Positions 11,266 through 24,934 of a stretch of DNA of 64,000 bases are shown here, in pieces (position 1 is the first letter of the stretch; each line of letters begins with the position of its first letter). Position numbers and translations under genes: made by a program. Source of the stretch: Macrostomum lignano (Eukaryota); assembly GCA_002269645.1 (NCBI GenBank), contig NIVC01000143.1:496001-560000 (forward strand). Direction: 5' to 3'. The notes below the pieces were generated by a model, which did no database searches, was not told the origin of the DNA, and saw nothing but the letters and a program-made list of their open reading frames with translations.

Positions 11266-11727
11266 GTGTTCAGGTCCCAGCCCAGAGTGACAGATCACAG
11301 TGCTCAGGTCCCAGCCCAGAGTGACAGATCACAGTGCTCAAGTCCCAGCCCAGAGTGACAGATCACAGTGCTCAGGTCCCAGCACAGAGTGACAGATAAC
11401 ATTGCTCAGGTCCCAGTCCAGAGTGACAGATCACAGTGCTCAGGTCCCAGCCCAGAGTGACAGATCACAGTGCTCAGGTCCCAGCCCAGAGTGAAAGATC
11501 ACAGTGCTCAGGTCCCAGCCCAGAGTGACAGATCACAGTGCTCAGGTCCCAGCCCAGAGAGACAGATCACAGTGCTCAGGTCCCAGCCCAGAGTGACAGA
11601 TCACAGTGCTCAGGTCCCAGCTCAGAGTGACAGATCACAGTGCTCAGGTCCCAGCACAGAGTGACAGATCACATTGCTCAGGTCCCAGCTCAGAGTGACA
11701 GATCACAGTGCTCGGGTCCCAGCACAG
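11266..11727. repeat. 34-bp minisatellite, ~13.5 copies
   Basis: Unit GTGCTCAGGTCCCAGCCCAGAGTGACAGATCACA. Confidence 0.95.
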
Positions 11728-11770
11728 AGCTAATCTCTCTAGAGAATCCCAGCCAATCCAAACCTCTCTT

Positions 11771-11973
11771 TTAGAGCAGAAACTCGTCACTGAGGAAGCT
11801 GCCAAAATTGTCCAGCAAGTAGCGGTCCATGCCGCTGAGGCCATGGGATCTGAGTTGGCTGCTCACACTGTGGCTCAGTGCGGCCATCGAGTGCCTTGAA
11901 GAACGCTGGATCCGGGGCGAGTGCCGAAACATCAGCGTGCGCAGCAGCCTTCTCTGGTCCTCGAAGCCCCAGT
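11771..11973 (-). CDS. Possible terminal coding exon of an unidentified gene
   Basis: Polypyrimidine tract plus CATCACAG acceptor, then an open frame DWGFEDQRRLLRTLMFRHSPR...DNFGSFLSDEFLL to TAA. No recognisable domain, and plus-strand frames are also partly open. Confidence 0.25.
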
Positions 11974-12002
11974 CTGTGATGGCGGAGGGCGAAGGAAAAA
12001 GT

Positions 12003-15000
12003 TATAAATTGGTCACTCTTAAAATGATCAATTGGTCACTCTCAAAATTATCAATTAGTCACTCTCAAAATTATCAATTGGTCACTCTTGATATTATCAA
12101 TTGGTCACTCTTGAAATTATCAATTGGTCACTCTTAAAATCATCCATTGGTCACTCTCAAAATTATCAATTAGTCACTCTCAAAATTATCAATTGGTCAC
12201 TCTTGATATTATCAAATGGTCACTCTTGAAATTATCAATTGGTCACTCTTGAAATTATCAATTGGTCACTCATGAAATTATCAATTGGTCACTCTTGAAA
12301 TTATCAATTGGTCACTCTTGAAATTATCAATTGGTCACTCTTGAAATTATCAATTGGTCACTCTTGGAATTATCAATTGGTCACTCTTGATATTATCAAT
12401 TGGTCACTCTTGAAATTATCAATTGGTCACTCTTGAAATTATCAATTGGTCACTCTTGAAATCATCAATTGGTCACTCTTGAAATTATCAATTGGTCACT
12501 CTTGAAATCATCAATTGGTCACTCTCAAAATTATCAATTGGTCACTCTTGAAATTATCAATTGGTCACTCTTGAAACGATCAATTGGTCACTCATGAAAT
12601 TATCAATTGGTCACTCTTGAAATTATCAATTGGTCACTCTTGAAATTATCAATTGGTCACTCTTGAAATCATCCATTGGTCACTCTTGGAATTATCAATT
12701 GGTCACTCTTGATATTATCAATTGGTCACTCTTGAAATTATCAATTGGTCACTCTTGAAATTATCAATTGGTCACTCTTGAAATCATCAATTGGTCACTC
12801 TTGAAATTATCAATTGGTCACTCTTGAAACTATCAATTGGTCACTCATGAAATTATCAATTGGTCACTCTTGAAATCATCAATTGGTCACTCTTGAAATT
12901 ATCAATTGGTCACTCTTGAAATTATCAATTGGTCACTCATGAAATAATCAATTGGTCACTCTTGAAATCATCAATTGGTCACTCTCAAAATTATCAGCTG
13001 GTCACTCTTGAAATTATCAATTGGTCACTCTTGGAATTATCAATTGGTCACTCTCAAAATCATCAATTGGTCACTCTTGAAATTATCAATTGGTCACTCT
13101 TGGAATTATCAATTGGTCACTCTTGAAATTATCAATTGGTCACTCTTGAAATTATCAATTGGTCACTCTTGAAATTATCTATTGGTCACTCTTGAAATTA
13201 TCAATTGGTCACTCTTGAAATTATCAATTGGTCACTCTTGATATTATCAATTGGTCACTCTTGAAATTATCAATTGGTCACTCTTGAAATCATCCATTGG
13301 TCACTCTTGGAATTATCAATTGGTCACTCTTGAAATTATCAATTGGTCACTCTTGAAATCATCAATTGGTCACTCTCAAAATTATCAATTGGTCACTCTT
13401 GAAATTATCAATTGGTCACTCTTGAAATTATCAATTGGTCACTCTTGAAATTATCAATTGGTCACTCTTGATATTATCAATTGGTCACTCTTGAAATTAT
13501 CAATTGGTCACTCTTGAAATTATCAATTGGTCACTCTTGAAATCATCCATTGGTCACTCTTGATATTATCAATTTGTCACTCTTGAAATCATCAATTGGT
13601 CACTCTCAAAATTATCAATTGGTCACTCTTGAAATTATCAATTGGTCACTCTTGAAATTATCAATTGGTCACTCTTGAAATTATCAATTGGTCACTCTTG
13701 ATATTATCAATTGGTCACTCTCAAAATTATCAATTGGTCACTCTTGAAATTATCAATTGGTCACTCTTGAAATTATCAATTGGTCACTCTTGAAATTATC
13801 AATTGGTCACTCTTGATATTATCAATTGGTCACTCTTGAAATCATCCATTGGTCACTCTTGAAATCATCAATTGGTCACTCTCAAAATTATCAATTGGTC
13901 ACTCTTGAAATCATCAATTGGTCACTCTTGAAATCATCAATTGGTCACTCTTGAAATCATCAATTGGTCACTCTTGAAATTATCAATTGGTCACTCTTGG
14001 AATTATCAATTGGTCACTCTCAAAATTATCAATTGGTCACTCTTGAAATTATCAATTGGTCACTCTTGATATTATCAATTGGTCACTCTTGAAATCATCC
14101 ATTGGTCACTCTCAAAATTATCCATTGGTCACTCTTGAAATTATCAATTGGTCACTCTTGAAATTATCAATTGGTCATTCATGAAATTATCAATTGGTCA
14201 CTCTTGAAATTATCAATTGGTCACTCTTGAAATTATCCATTGGTCACTCTTGAAATTATCAATTGGTCACTCTTGAAATTATCAATTGGTCACTCTTGAA
14301 ACGATCAATTGGTCACTCATGAAATTATCAATTGGTCACTCTTGAAATTATCAATTGGTCACTCTTGATATTATCAATTGGTCACTCTTGAAATCATCCA
14401 TTGGTCACTCTTGGAATTATCAATTGGTCACTCTTGAAATTATCAATTGGTCACTCTTGAAACGATCAATTGGTCGCTCATGAAATTATCAATTGGTCAC
14501 TCATGAAATTATCAATTGGTCACTCTTGAAATTATCAATTGGTCACTCATGAAATTATCAATTGGTCACTCCTAAAATTATCAATTGATCACTTTTGGAA
14601 TTATCAATTGGTCACTCTCAAAATCATCAATTGGTCACTCTTGAAATTATCAATTGGTCACTCTTGGAATTATCAATTGGTCACTCTTGAAATCATCAAT
14701 TGGTCACTCTTGAAATTATCAATTGGTCACTCTTGAAATTATCAATTGGTCACTCTTGAAATCATCAATTGGTCACTCTTGAAATCATCCATTGGTCACT
14801 CTTGAAATTATCAATTGGTCACTCTTGAAATTATCAATTGGTCACTCATGAAATTATCAATTGGTCACTCTTGAAATTATCAATTGGTCACTCTTGAAAT
14901 TATCAATTGGTCACTCTTGAAATTATCAATTGGTCACTCTTGGAATTATCAATTGGTCACTCTTGATATTATCAATTGGTCACTCTTGAAATTATCAATT

Positions 15001-15258
15001 GGTCACTCTTGAAATTATCAATTGGTCACTCTTGAAATCATCAATTGGTCACTCTTGAAATTATCAATTGGTCACTCTTGAAATCATCAATTGGTCACTC
15101 TCAAAATTATCAATTGGTCACTCTTGAAATTATCAATTGGTCACTCTTGAAATTATCAATTGGTCACTCATGAAATTATCAATTGGTCACTCTTGAAATC
15201 ATCCATTGGTCACTCTTGAAACTACCAATTGGTACTCTTGAAATAATCGATTGGTTAC
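12003..15258. repeat. 23-bp satellite array, ~140 copies
   Basis: Consensus AATTATCAATTGGTCACTCTTGA; highly homogeneous. Confidence 0.97.
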
Positions 15259-15932
15259 TTTTGGTGACCTGTGCACAAGTTTATGTGGGTTAGGCTTCTT
15301 ATGTTGTGAGCAGAGCGGTTGCTATGGGCTCGAATGAGGTCTGACATCCTGACAGCCGCCTTCCAGACGAACTGCATTTGATTTTATTGTCCTGCGCCTG
15401 CGGTCCTGTGTGTCTGTCCATAATCTGCTACCTTCAAGATGTGTTGCATACTGAAATTATATTGTGAAATCTGTGGTTTCAAACTAAGTCCTCGGATTCT
15501 TGAGTAGGTGCACCTGTCTCTTGGCGGGCCTCCCTGTCTCTTGGTTGGCGTCCCTGTCTCTTGGTTGCTGCAGAAAACAGTTTGGCATCCAGCAGCCATT
15601 TTTTACCATTCGTTGTCAGAGTAAACTTCGTGGAGTTCCCAAAATCAGCTTCTTTTTCAGCTGGTCAATCCAGTCTGCCCCAGTTCGGAGCAGCTTCTCA
15701 CTTCTTCTGTCCGGGACAATGGGCGATGCACGCACAGCCGCACTTCCGGTTCAATAGAAATTCTGGTTGCTAAGGGGAGCTGGATGTCACACCCCCAGAC
15801 CCGCAGCAGCTGATGCCAACGATACTGCTGTTAACTGCTTGATTTAAAGGCTAAAAATGTTTATCTGACAGCTGGATTGACAGATCGCATGCTTTGATTT
15901 ATGGCAAACATTCTTTTCATTGCATTGGCAAA

Positions 15933-16181
15933 ATGACAGCAGCTTCAACTGAAGCGCACATAGCTGATTGCCCGCAGACGAAGACCTATGCTCTGCTGAC
16001 GCATCTCAATGTGCCTTTCTTGACTGCCTACGGGGCCGCCGATGCGCTGAGCTCCGTGCTCAACTCGTTCATCTTGGCGGCTGCTTGCAAAGGCGGCATC
16101 ACGAAGAGGTCCAGCTTCCGCAGACTGCTCAGCATTGTGGCGGTGCTGAACTGCAGCCTAAGTAGCCTGCTGATTGCTCAG
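15933..16181 (+). CDS. Probable first coding exon (83 codons) of a 7TM/GPCR-like membrane protein; downstream exons not found
   Basis: MTAASTEAHIADCPQ... followed by hydrophobic VPFLTAYGAADALSSVLNSFILAAAC, basic loop KGGITKRSSFRR, and hydrophobic LLSIVAVLNCSLSSLLIAQ. Ends at a phase-0 CAG|GTGAGT donor. The layout resembles TM1-ICL1-TM2. Confidence 0.45.
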
Positions 16182-18060
16182 GTGAGTGGTGATGCTGAAC
16201 TGCAGCTTGCTGATTGCTCAGGTGAGTGGTGATGCTGAACTGCAGCTTGAGCAGCCTGCTGATTGCTCAGGTGAGTGGTGATGCTGAACTGCAGCTTGAG
16301 CAGCCTGCTGATTGCTCAGGTGAGTGGTGATGCTGAACTGCAGCTTGAGCAACCTGCTGATTGCTCAGGTGAGTGGTGATGCTGAACTGCAGCTTGAGCA
16401 ACCTGCTGATTGCTCAGGTGAGTGGTGATGCTGAACTGCAGCTTGAGCAACCTGCTGATTGCTCAGGTGAGTGGTGATGCTGAACTGCAGCTTGAGCAAC
16501 CTGCTGATTGCTCAGGTGAGTGGTGATGCTGAACTGCAGCTTGAGCAACCTGCTGATTGCTCAGGTGAGTGGTGATGCTGAACTGCAGCTTGAGCAACCT
16601 GCTGATTGCTCAGGTGAGTGGCGAGGCTGAACTGCAGCTTGAGCAACCTGCTGATTGCTCAGGTGAGTGGTGATGCTGAACTGCAGCTTGCTGATTGCTC
16701 AGGTGAGTGGTGATGCTGAACTGCAGCTTGCCGATTGCTCAGGTGAGTGGTGATGCTGAACTGCAGCTTGAGCAGCCTGCTGATTGCTCAGGTGAGTGGT
16801 GATGCTGAACTGCAGCTTGAGCAGCCTGCTGATTGCTCAGGTGAGTGGTGATGCTGAACTGCAGCTTGAGCAACCTGCTGATTGCTCAGGTGAGTGGTGA
16901 TGCTGAACTGCAGCTTGAGCAACCTGCTGATTGCTCAGGTGAGTGGCGATGCTGAACTGCAGCTTGAGCAACCTGCTGATTGCTCAGGTGAGTGGTGATG
17001 CTGAACTGCAGCTTGCTGATTGCTCAGGTGAGTGGTGATGCTGAACTGCAGCTTGCCGATTGCTCAGGTGAGTGGTGATGCTGAACTGCAGCTTGAGCAG
17101 CCTGCTGATTGCTCAGGTGAGTGGTGATGCTGAACTGCAGCTTGAGCAGCCTGCTGATTGCTCAGGTGAGTGGCGATGCTGAACTGCAGCTTGAGCAACC
17201 TGCTGATTGCTCAGGTGAGTGGTGATGCTGAACTGCAGCTTGAGCAACCTGCTGATTGCTCAGGTGAGTGGTGATGCTGAACTGCAGCTTGAGCAACCTG
17301 CTGATTGCTCAGGTGAGTGGTGATGCTGAACTGCAGCTTGAGCAACCTGCTGATTGCTCAGGTGAGTGGTGATGCTGAACTGCAGCTTGAGCAACCTGCT
17401 GATTGCTCAGGTGAGTGGTGATGCTGAACTGCAGCTTGAGCAACCTGCTGATTGCTCAGGTGAGTGGCGATGCTGAACTGCAGCTTGAGCAACCTGCTGA
17501 TTGCTCAGGTGAGTGGCGATGCTGAACTGCAGCTTGAGCAACCTGCTGATTGCTCAGGTGAGTGGCGATGCTGAACTGCAGCTTGAGCAACCTGCTGATT
17601 GCTCAGGTGAGTGGCGATGCTGAACTGCAGCTTGAGCAACCTGCTGATTGCTCAGGTGAGTGGCGATGCTGAACTGCAGCTTGAGCAACCTGCTGATTGC
17701 TCAGGTGAGTGGTGATGCTGAACTGCAGCTTGAGCAACCTGCTGATTGCTCAGGTGAGTGGCGATGCTGAACTGCAGCTTGAGCAACCTGCTGATTGCTC
17801 AGGTGAGTGGCGATGCTGAACTGCAGCTTGAGCAACCTGCTGATTGCTCAGGTGAGTGGTGATGCTGAACTGCAGCTTGAGCAACCTGCTGATTGCTCAG
17901 GTGAGTGGTGATGCTGAACTGCAGCTTGAGCAGCCTGCTGATTGCTCAGGTGAGTGGCGACGCTGAACTGCAGCTTGAGCAACCTGCTGATTGCTCAGGT
18001 GAGTGGTGATGCTGAACTGCAGCTTGAGCAACCTGCTGATTGCTCAGGTGAGTGGTGATG
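16144..18060 (+). repeat. 49-bp (some 40-bp) tandem array of exon end plus splice donor, ~40 copies
   Basis: Unit TGCTGAACTGCAGCTTGAGCAACCTGCTGATTGCTCAG|GTGAGTGGTGA, i.e. the last 38 nt of the exon plus the first 11 nt of the intron. Confidence 0.95.
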
Positions 18061-19661
18061 CGCTAGACTGCAATCATAACTATACGAATACAATACTTAA
18101 CAGGTTCCTCCTAATTCTTTGCACTTTCATGATCATAGCTGGGCCGATTTCTACGAGCGTATTAAGCTAAAATGCTTATACGGCTCGTATGAGTAGTTTA
18201 GTTAAAATGAAGACACAATGAATTAAACACGTTGAAAACCATGAGGGGCTTTAGCATGTGGCCATAATGTGGACCTTCGGCGACATTTTCTCGCAACCAG
18301 CTCTCTGACGTCAACTCTGTCCATTCAGCTGACTACGAGCACTAAAATATTTAGGCACGAACTCATCAAAACGATCACACACGGTTGTGTACAGCGGCCC
18401 TGGCTTTCTACGCGTCAGAGACATGTACATGAACAATTAGTTTGTGTGCACACTGCAATTCCCAAATGAATCGAACCATATATGAGTGCGTAGTTTAACG
18501 CGAAATTATAGAATTTAATTAGCTGCTCTATCTGTCCTCACTGTGCAGCCTTGAATAAATACTGTGTACTTCGCATCATTTATATTGTCACAGTTATCCT
18601 TTAAGTAAATTTGCATTAAAACCTGTGCATTCCAGTTTTACCATATGAAAACAGGCGATTATAAAATTAACGAGGCAAGAAAACGGTCAATAAAAAACTG
18701 ATTACCTGGATTGGGAATAAATTATAGCATAGTAATGCTTCATAGCATAATAGTCTCAAGTTTTAGCCTTTGTGTACTTTAACAGCAGAAGTTGCTACTG
18801 CTGCTGCTGCTGTTCGTTTAACTTCAGCAAACAGACAGACAGACGGAAGGATCCGTGATATAATTCCCGGGAAATGTTGGAAGAAAACTGGGCCTCACAA
18901 TCAGAAAGGAATTGTCTTGAGCAAATAGTATCGCAGCCCCATAGTCCGCGAGACTTGTTATTAAGCTAAGCCATAAATGGTAGCCAATGCACCTAAACGT
19001 ATAATGTCTGCACTGCCCGCATTCAGTTGAGTATAGGGATACAGTGTGCAGAAGTATATAGCATAGCTACCTGACGGGCAGGCTTATATTCGTTTCGGTA
19101 AAGACTTTATTACTTCTTACAGTAGTAGGTAATCCAAAACCCCAGCTGTCTAAGATTATTGCTCTATTGGGCTGCGGGCAAAAAACTGCAATTTAATTAT
19201 TATTCTGTCCGGGGGTCCTCGAGTTCAAACAGATAAGGAATTAGGATTGCTGTGCGCAGCTGTGGCGTGACTGCAAGTTCTTTGATCGGCTCACAGGTTC
19301 TCTCTTTCTCTCTCTTTAGCCCACGAGGTTAGAGAATTTCTTGTAAACGTAGATTTTTCGTGTCTCTTTTTCGGTTCAATGACAGTCGATTTTCATTCGG
19401 TAGTCCGTACGTGTTGCCGATTAAAAATCGACTTTTAGCAATCGATTGAGCACTTGCACTTGGCTGGATTGTAGTCGAGTACGCACTTTTATAGGGCCTT
19501 TCATTGGAGATTTCTGTGCGCACGATCGACTGCTCTTTTTACTTCTAACAGCTCATTGCGATTAGAAGAAAAAAATTAGTTTCAATATTTCGTTCAAAGT
19601 AGATGCATCGCTTCATCTCTACTTATCTATCTGGTGCTGGGGGCACTTGGTTTCTGCATGG

Positions 19662-19908
19662 TGCCTCTGGCGCCCCTGGTGCTGGCGCCCCTGGTGCTAA
19701 AGCCCCTGGTGCTGGCGCCCCTGGTGCTGGCGCCCCTGGTGCTGGCGCCCCTGGTGCTGGCGCCCCTGGTGCTGGCGCCCCTGGTGCTGGCGCCCCTGGT
19801 GCTGGCGCCCCTGGTGCTGGCGCCCCTGGTGCTGGCGCCCCTGGTGCTGGCGCCCCTGGTGCTGGCGCCCCTGGTGCTGGCACCCCTGGTGCTGGCGCCT
19901 CTGGTGCT
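19662..19908. repeat. 15-bp GGCGCC-core minisatellite, ~16 copies
   Basis: Unit GCTGGCGCCCCTGGT. Confidence 0.95.
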
Positions 19909-22182
19909 TGTCAACTCTGACATATCACCATTCAACTTTAAATGACAGTAGGAGTTTACACTTTCGTTTTAGAAAGTCGAGTTTCATCATTCCATTTTAA
20001 AGTTACGCATACGCTTGAAGAACCATCGAATGGCATTGCCACACACACACACACACACACACAGATATATAGTCTTACAGTACAAGTGGCAACGACTATA
20101 CATGTTGAAGCGATGGCGTTACAAGCTGCAGATATATTCTACGAATATAAAAATTCTTTTATAGCACCTAAGGGAGGGACTGAGTGCACTGCATCTGCAC
20201 TCTGCATGCGATGAATCAGTGCATTTCGCCTTGGCAGTATATAGCAAACATACATGCATAGCAAACTGGGGGTTGTCTTTCCTCGAACCGAGGCACCACA
20301 CTAAACTAGGTACTAGCTAGTGGATGCTTTTTCTGCAACAATAAAGCAGCAATCATCTTCATCAGTCACCCCCAGCAACCCCTCAGCTATTAGTATTAGC
20401 TACATTAACAGCATTCGATCTTTGCACTTCGCTTCGCTTCAAGCTGACTGTTTTTCTAACGATGCACTCTACTTGCTGCGGGCTGGCTTCTGCCCGAGCA
20501 GATTGAACTTTAATTTGTAATTGCCATAGACAAGTTTATTTACCTGTACTGCGATTAGTTGGCGCAAGTGTCAAAGAGCCTTCGTGACAAAAAATAGAAA
20601 TACATAAGTATTCAAGAAGACTCTGATAAGAGCAACGGCTGCAAGAGCCGAGAGTGCACGGCACACAACTTGCGTAAATATAACGCAATACAAAAGACAG
20701 ACTTGTAACACTACTCTTGGAAAATAATATGCTATAAAGTTTTTTTGTGATGCGATCTGTATCGCGATAGTTAGTACAAACTGGTTAAATAATTGTTTTC
20801 TTTGTTGTAATCTGTATGATTGGGCTTTTTCGAGCTTTATTGGCTCGAATTGAATTCAACCCTAAAACTACGCTCGTAATTTGACGAATTGAAACTTTGA
20901 ACTTACGACTTTTCGACAACGATATGAAGAATTTTCGAGCTTGTGAATATTCGAGCTCGTGAAACTTCGGGATTGTGACATGGGGGGGGGGGTCGGCTGA
21001 CCCCTTGACCCCATTAAATCCGTCACTGCAGTAACTATCCACCCCACTGATTACGAGTACGATCATTTGATTTGATTGATATGTAGAGACCGAAGCGTTC
21101 CTAAACGCTTTCGATTATTCCTAATTTGAATGGCGTATTGTCTAATCAATCAAAAGTACTTTTCCTTCAACAGAGTAAGGATAATATTGCGTTTTAGAAG
21201 CACAAATTCGAATTTACTTGAAAAAGAAACTCGCTGAGTGCATGCCGTCTTGTTCACGCCGTATAATAAAATTTGTGAAGGCATTCAAACATTAAGACTC
21301 AACACTAAAAAAATATTCTATGTAAAAATGCCGCCAAAGAAGAGTAGTTGTTATGATAAAATCAAACATAAAGAAAATGAAAAGCATCGAAACCACAAAA
21401 CATAATAGGCAATAGCACAAAGCACAACTGAAATGGCGCGATTTCTTCTAGGTCAAAAGTGCCGCGCAGTCCGTGCAACCCCTCCCTCACTCTCTCCTCC
21501 CCCTCCGCCAGAGCGTTATGCGCAACGCGTAGTAGCGAAATCACCCCACCATAATTGCACCCACCCCAGCCCACCCCACCCCAGTGTACATTCACTGCCT
21601 GGGGGGAGAGGGGTGAATTGTTTAACAAAAGCGCCACCGCTGTCCAGGCCCAGCGCAAAGTCAATTCGCTACCCTTCCGTCCCCTGCCCCTGCACCCCTC
21701 AATTTCAAGTGAGAGGGAGCGGAGGGTTCACTCCAAGCAGCCCCCTCACTTTCCAGCAAATCTTAGATAAGGCCGCCCCGCTTGTCATCCAGTCAAATGT
21801 ACATTGGCTGGAATAACCGCCACCGGGGCTGGATATTTGCACAAGTTGAACGATGCACAATTTTGCTTATATAATTAAAACGACCTTGAACTTCCAGCAG
21901 AGTAAAGTAGTAGTAAGGGAGACTCCGTTATCCTAAAATGGTCTGCCTGTCCTTTTCTACGATTTTCCCAATCTGATTCTCCCACACGCCATCCATCGCA
22001 CCATTCTTCCGCGTGTGTCACCGAGAAGTATTTTAAAGTGCATAGTATACTTTATTTGTATTGTGTTATGCTATTGAAAGATTCAAGCTCTAGCGATTGA
22101 AGTTAAAAACAAATCAACTAAACTTACAGACGAAAGTACGCAAAAGCAAATGGTGTTGCTTTTAACCAGCTGATTTACTTGC

Positions 22183-22433
22183 TATAAATAGACACTTATA
22201 ATACCCTAAAGAATGTAAGTGCAACGGCACTCAATTCGACTTGATGAAGTCAGCTACAACAACCAGTCGAATTTTGTGGAACTACAATCGAATTCATTCG
22301 AGCTCGAATTTTCTCCGGGCCTCGATTCGAGTCCGGATTTCGAGTTGCGAGGCCTACTGTCGCAGACTGTTGGCTACGACTTGATCCCGGGTTTGAGCTA
22401 GACCATCTCAGCGGCTGTGCTGTACAGCAACAG
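22183..22433 (+). promoter_or_regulatory. Candidate TATA box and non-coding first exon of the CD36-family gene
   Basis: TATAAATA at 22183 and a strong donor CAG|GTAGGT at 22433/22434 that could join the CTGAC...CTTGCAG acceptor at about 24902. The linkage is inferred. Confidence 0.3.
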
Positions 22434-22575
22434 GTAGGTGAGTTTCATTTTCTAAATTTATTAATAATTAATTCATCCTACGTTTGCATGTTGCAGCAAT
22501 TATGAATTTGGAAAAGTACTCTTATATAGAAAATAACTACAAATATTACCAAGGGCAGATATAGCTAGGAAATCC

Positions 22576-23515
22576 TTACCGTCACCCTTTGCTCCCTCCG
22601 TCACCCTTTGTTTTGTTCCCTCCGTCACCCTCTGTCCCCTCCGTCACCCTGTCACCCTCTGTCCCCTCCGTCACCCTGTCACCCTCTGTCCCCTCCATCA
22701 CCCTCTGTCCCCTCCGTCACCTTGTCCCCTCCGTCACCCTTTGTCCCCTCCGTCACCCTCTGTCCCCTCCGTCACCCTGTCACCCTCTGTCCCCTCCGTC
22801 ACCCTGTCACCCTCTGTCCCCTCCATCACCCTCTGTCCCCTCCGTCACCTTGTCCCCTCCGTCACCCTTTGTCCCCTCCGTCACCCTCTGTCCCCTCCGT
22901 CACCCTTTGTCTTGTTCCCTCCGTCACCCTCTGTCCCCTCTGTCACCCTCTGTCCCCTCCATCGCCCTCTGTCCCCTCCGTCACCCTCTGTCCCCTCCGT
23001 CACCCTCTGTCCCCTCCGTTACCCTATTTCCCCTCCGCCATCCTTTGTTCTTCCCTCACCCTCTGTCCCCTCCGTTACCCTATTTCTCCTCCGTCATCCT
23101 TTGTTCTTCCCTCACCCTCTGTTCCCTCCGTCACCCTTTGTCCCCTCCGTCACCCTCTGTCCCCTCCGTCACCCTGTCACCCTCTGTCCCCTCCGTCACC
23201 CTGTCACCCTTTGTCCCCTCCGTCACCCTCTGTCCCCTCCGTCATCCTCTGTCCTTCCCTATCGCACCTCTGTTCCCTCCCTCACTCTGTTCCCTCCGTC
23301 ACCCTCTGCCCCCTCTCTGTCCCTCCCTCAGCTTCTGTCCCCTCCGTCACCCTCTGTCCCCTCTGTCACCCTTTGTCACCTTTGTCCCTCCCTCAGTCTC
23401 TGTCCCCTCCGTTACCATTTGCTTTGTTCCCTCCGTCACCCTCTGTCCCCTCCGCAACATTTTATTGTTCCCTCCTTTACCCTCTGTACCCTCTATCTGT
23501 CCCCTCCCTGTCCCT
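22576..23515. repeat. ~19-bp pyrimidine-rich minisatellite
   Basis: Unit CCGTCACCCTCTGTCCCCT, degenerating toward the right. Confidence 0.93.
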
Positions 23516-24934
23516 GATTCCCATTGCCTCACATTCTGTCAAAATAAAAACTTGAAAGTTTAAGTTCGCGCAAACCTCGCAGGCACGCAACCCCTGACTG
23601 ATTAAACATTTCGTTAACTGCCAGTTATTCCAATTTCCAGTGTTGTATTTATTTATTTAGAGTTTGCGCGCACCAGGTGTCACCCTGGTTGCACAAACTA
23701 TAAAGCAACACCTAAGAACATTTTAATTAAAATCCAAGTTTGACCTGCGCTATTTGCGGGCTGAGAAAGAAAAAATTCTAAGCCATGTATAAGCGCAGCG
23801 GATTAATTACTCATACCCTGTTGTTGGTGTAACAGAATATACAGAAATAATACTTTTTAGGGTGAAGCAGGTGCAAGACATGAACCCTTTCGTAGCTGTA
23901 AATAAATGTTTAAACATTTCAGCTAGCATGTTGAATAGTTTACTTGAAAGTTCGACCGTACTGCTAGTTTTAACATTTCAAGCACATTATTTCGTTTTTC
24001 GCTTAACAAAGCTTGTTCTACAACGTGCTCAAGTGTATTTATGGCGAAAATGTAGCATTTTTCTCTTTTCATGTTGTTAGAATTCCAGTGTAAAAAATTA
24101 GTTCTTATTCTTAATCTTCTGAGTTTTTTATTGATTGAAAATACAATTTGATAAAGTCAGTTACTGCTGCTCTCACTGTTATAATGCAACAATTGACAAC
24201 TTCATTGAGTATAGAGATTGACAGTCGTGACAGATTCCTTATCAGTCCTGCCCTATATGCCGACCTTTGCTGCTCCTGCCTTTAATATTGATAATCTCAT
24301 CAATGAAATGAAATGTGTATAAATGCTATTTTCTGTCAGCTCAAGCTGAATTTTATTTTTCAATTCCACGTGCGCACTTCTCAACTCAACTCAAGAGTCG
24401 AACTCGTTCTTGCCAGCTCGCATTTCACGCGTTTTTTTTCTCGGCACAAAAATGCGATCGATTGTAGAAAAAAGAGCGCGTTAGCAATGCGCGTTTTCCA
24501 GTCGAATATTATTGAAATCTGTCTCTTGGTTGTTCACTGAGCTGTTAATGTCTGTCTTTTTCAAGCAGTGAGCAGTTTAGTTTACAGCCTGACAACTGTA
24601 ACTCTGCCTCTGCCCCCCACCTCACTCCAAAGAAGCACAGCTAGCCTGGCTGCAGTTAGCTTATAAAGCAAAATTTCTGCGATTAAAGTAGGACCCAGAT
24701 ATTTTCTTATCAATTCCTATACAAATAAACGCATGTGTGCAATTTAATGCCCAACATGCCGCGTCCAATCAGCAGTTTGGGGGACTCGTGCGGTTTTTCT
24801 CTTTAAGCAACAATCGGTTTGGAAAAATCTGGCCACTGACACTCTCTGCGCTTACCTATATAGTACTTTGAAGCCTTAAACTGACCTGACTTGTCCTTGC
24901 AGACAGCCAGCTGTGAGTGTGCTGTGGCCCCGCT

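Noticed and set aside
10754-12000. Plus-strand peptides RCFKGLCSRL and IECLEERWIRGEC reminiscent of ionotropic glutamate receptor S1/S2 motifs
   Set aside because: Spacing is wrong, there is no SYTANLAAF or TM segment, and no consistent exon chain; probably chance.
15384-15780. Coding-like composition on both strands
   Set aside because: No frame with both credible splice sites and a recognisable product.
16144-18060. CRISPR-like regular array (also 11266-11727 and 60022-60930)
   Set aside because: Head-to-tail repeats with no unique spacers, no cas genes, and a eukaryotic context.
19603-19945. GAPGA collagen/elastin-like ORF
   Set aside because: All frames are open because of a pure 15-bp DNA repeat, with no synonymous variation or coding flanks.
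20980-21030. MITE-like terminus GGGGGTCGGCTGACCCC...AAATCCGTCACTG
   Set aside because: The matching opposite end could not be found.
22589-23563. Long Pro/Ser-rich ORFs here and at 31827-34459, 35904-36801, 42158-43576, 48480-49217, 52378-53744, 59913-60919 and 61669-63125
   Set aside because: Artefacts of stop-free tandem repeats; most lie in introns of the genes assembled here.
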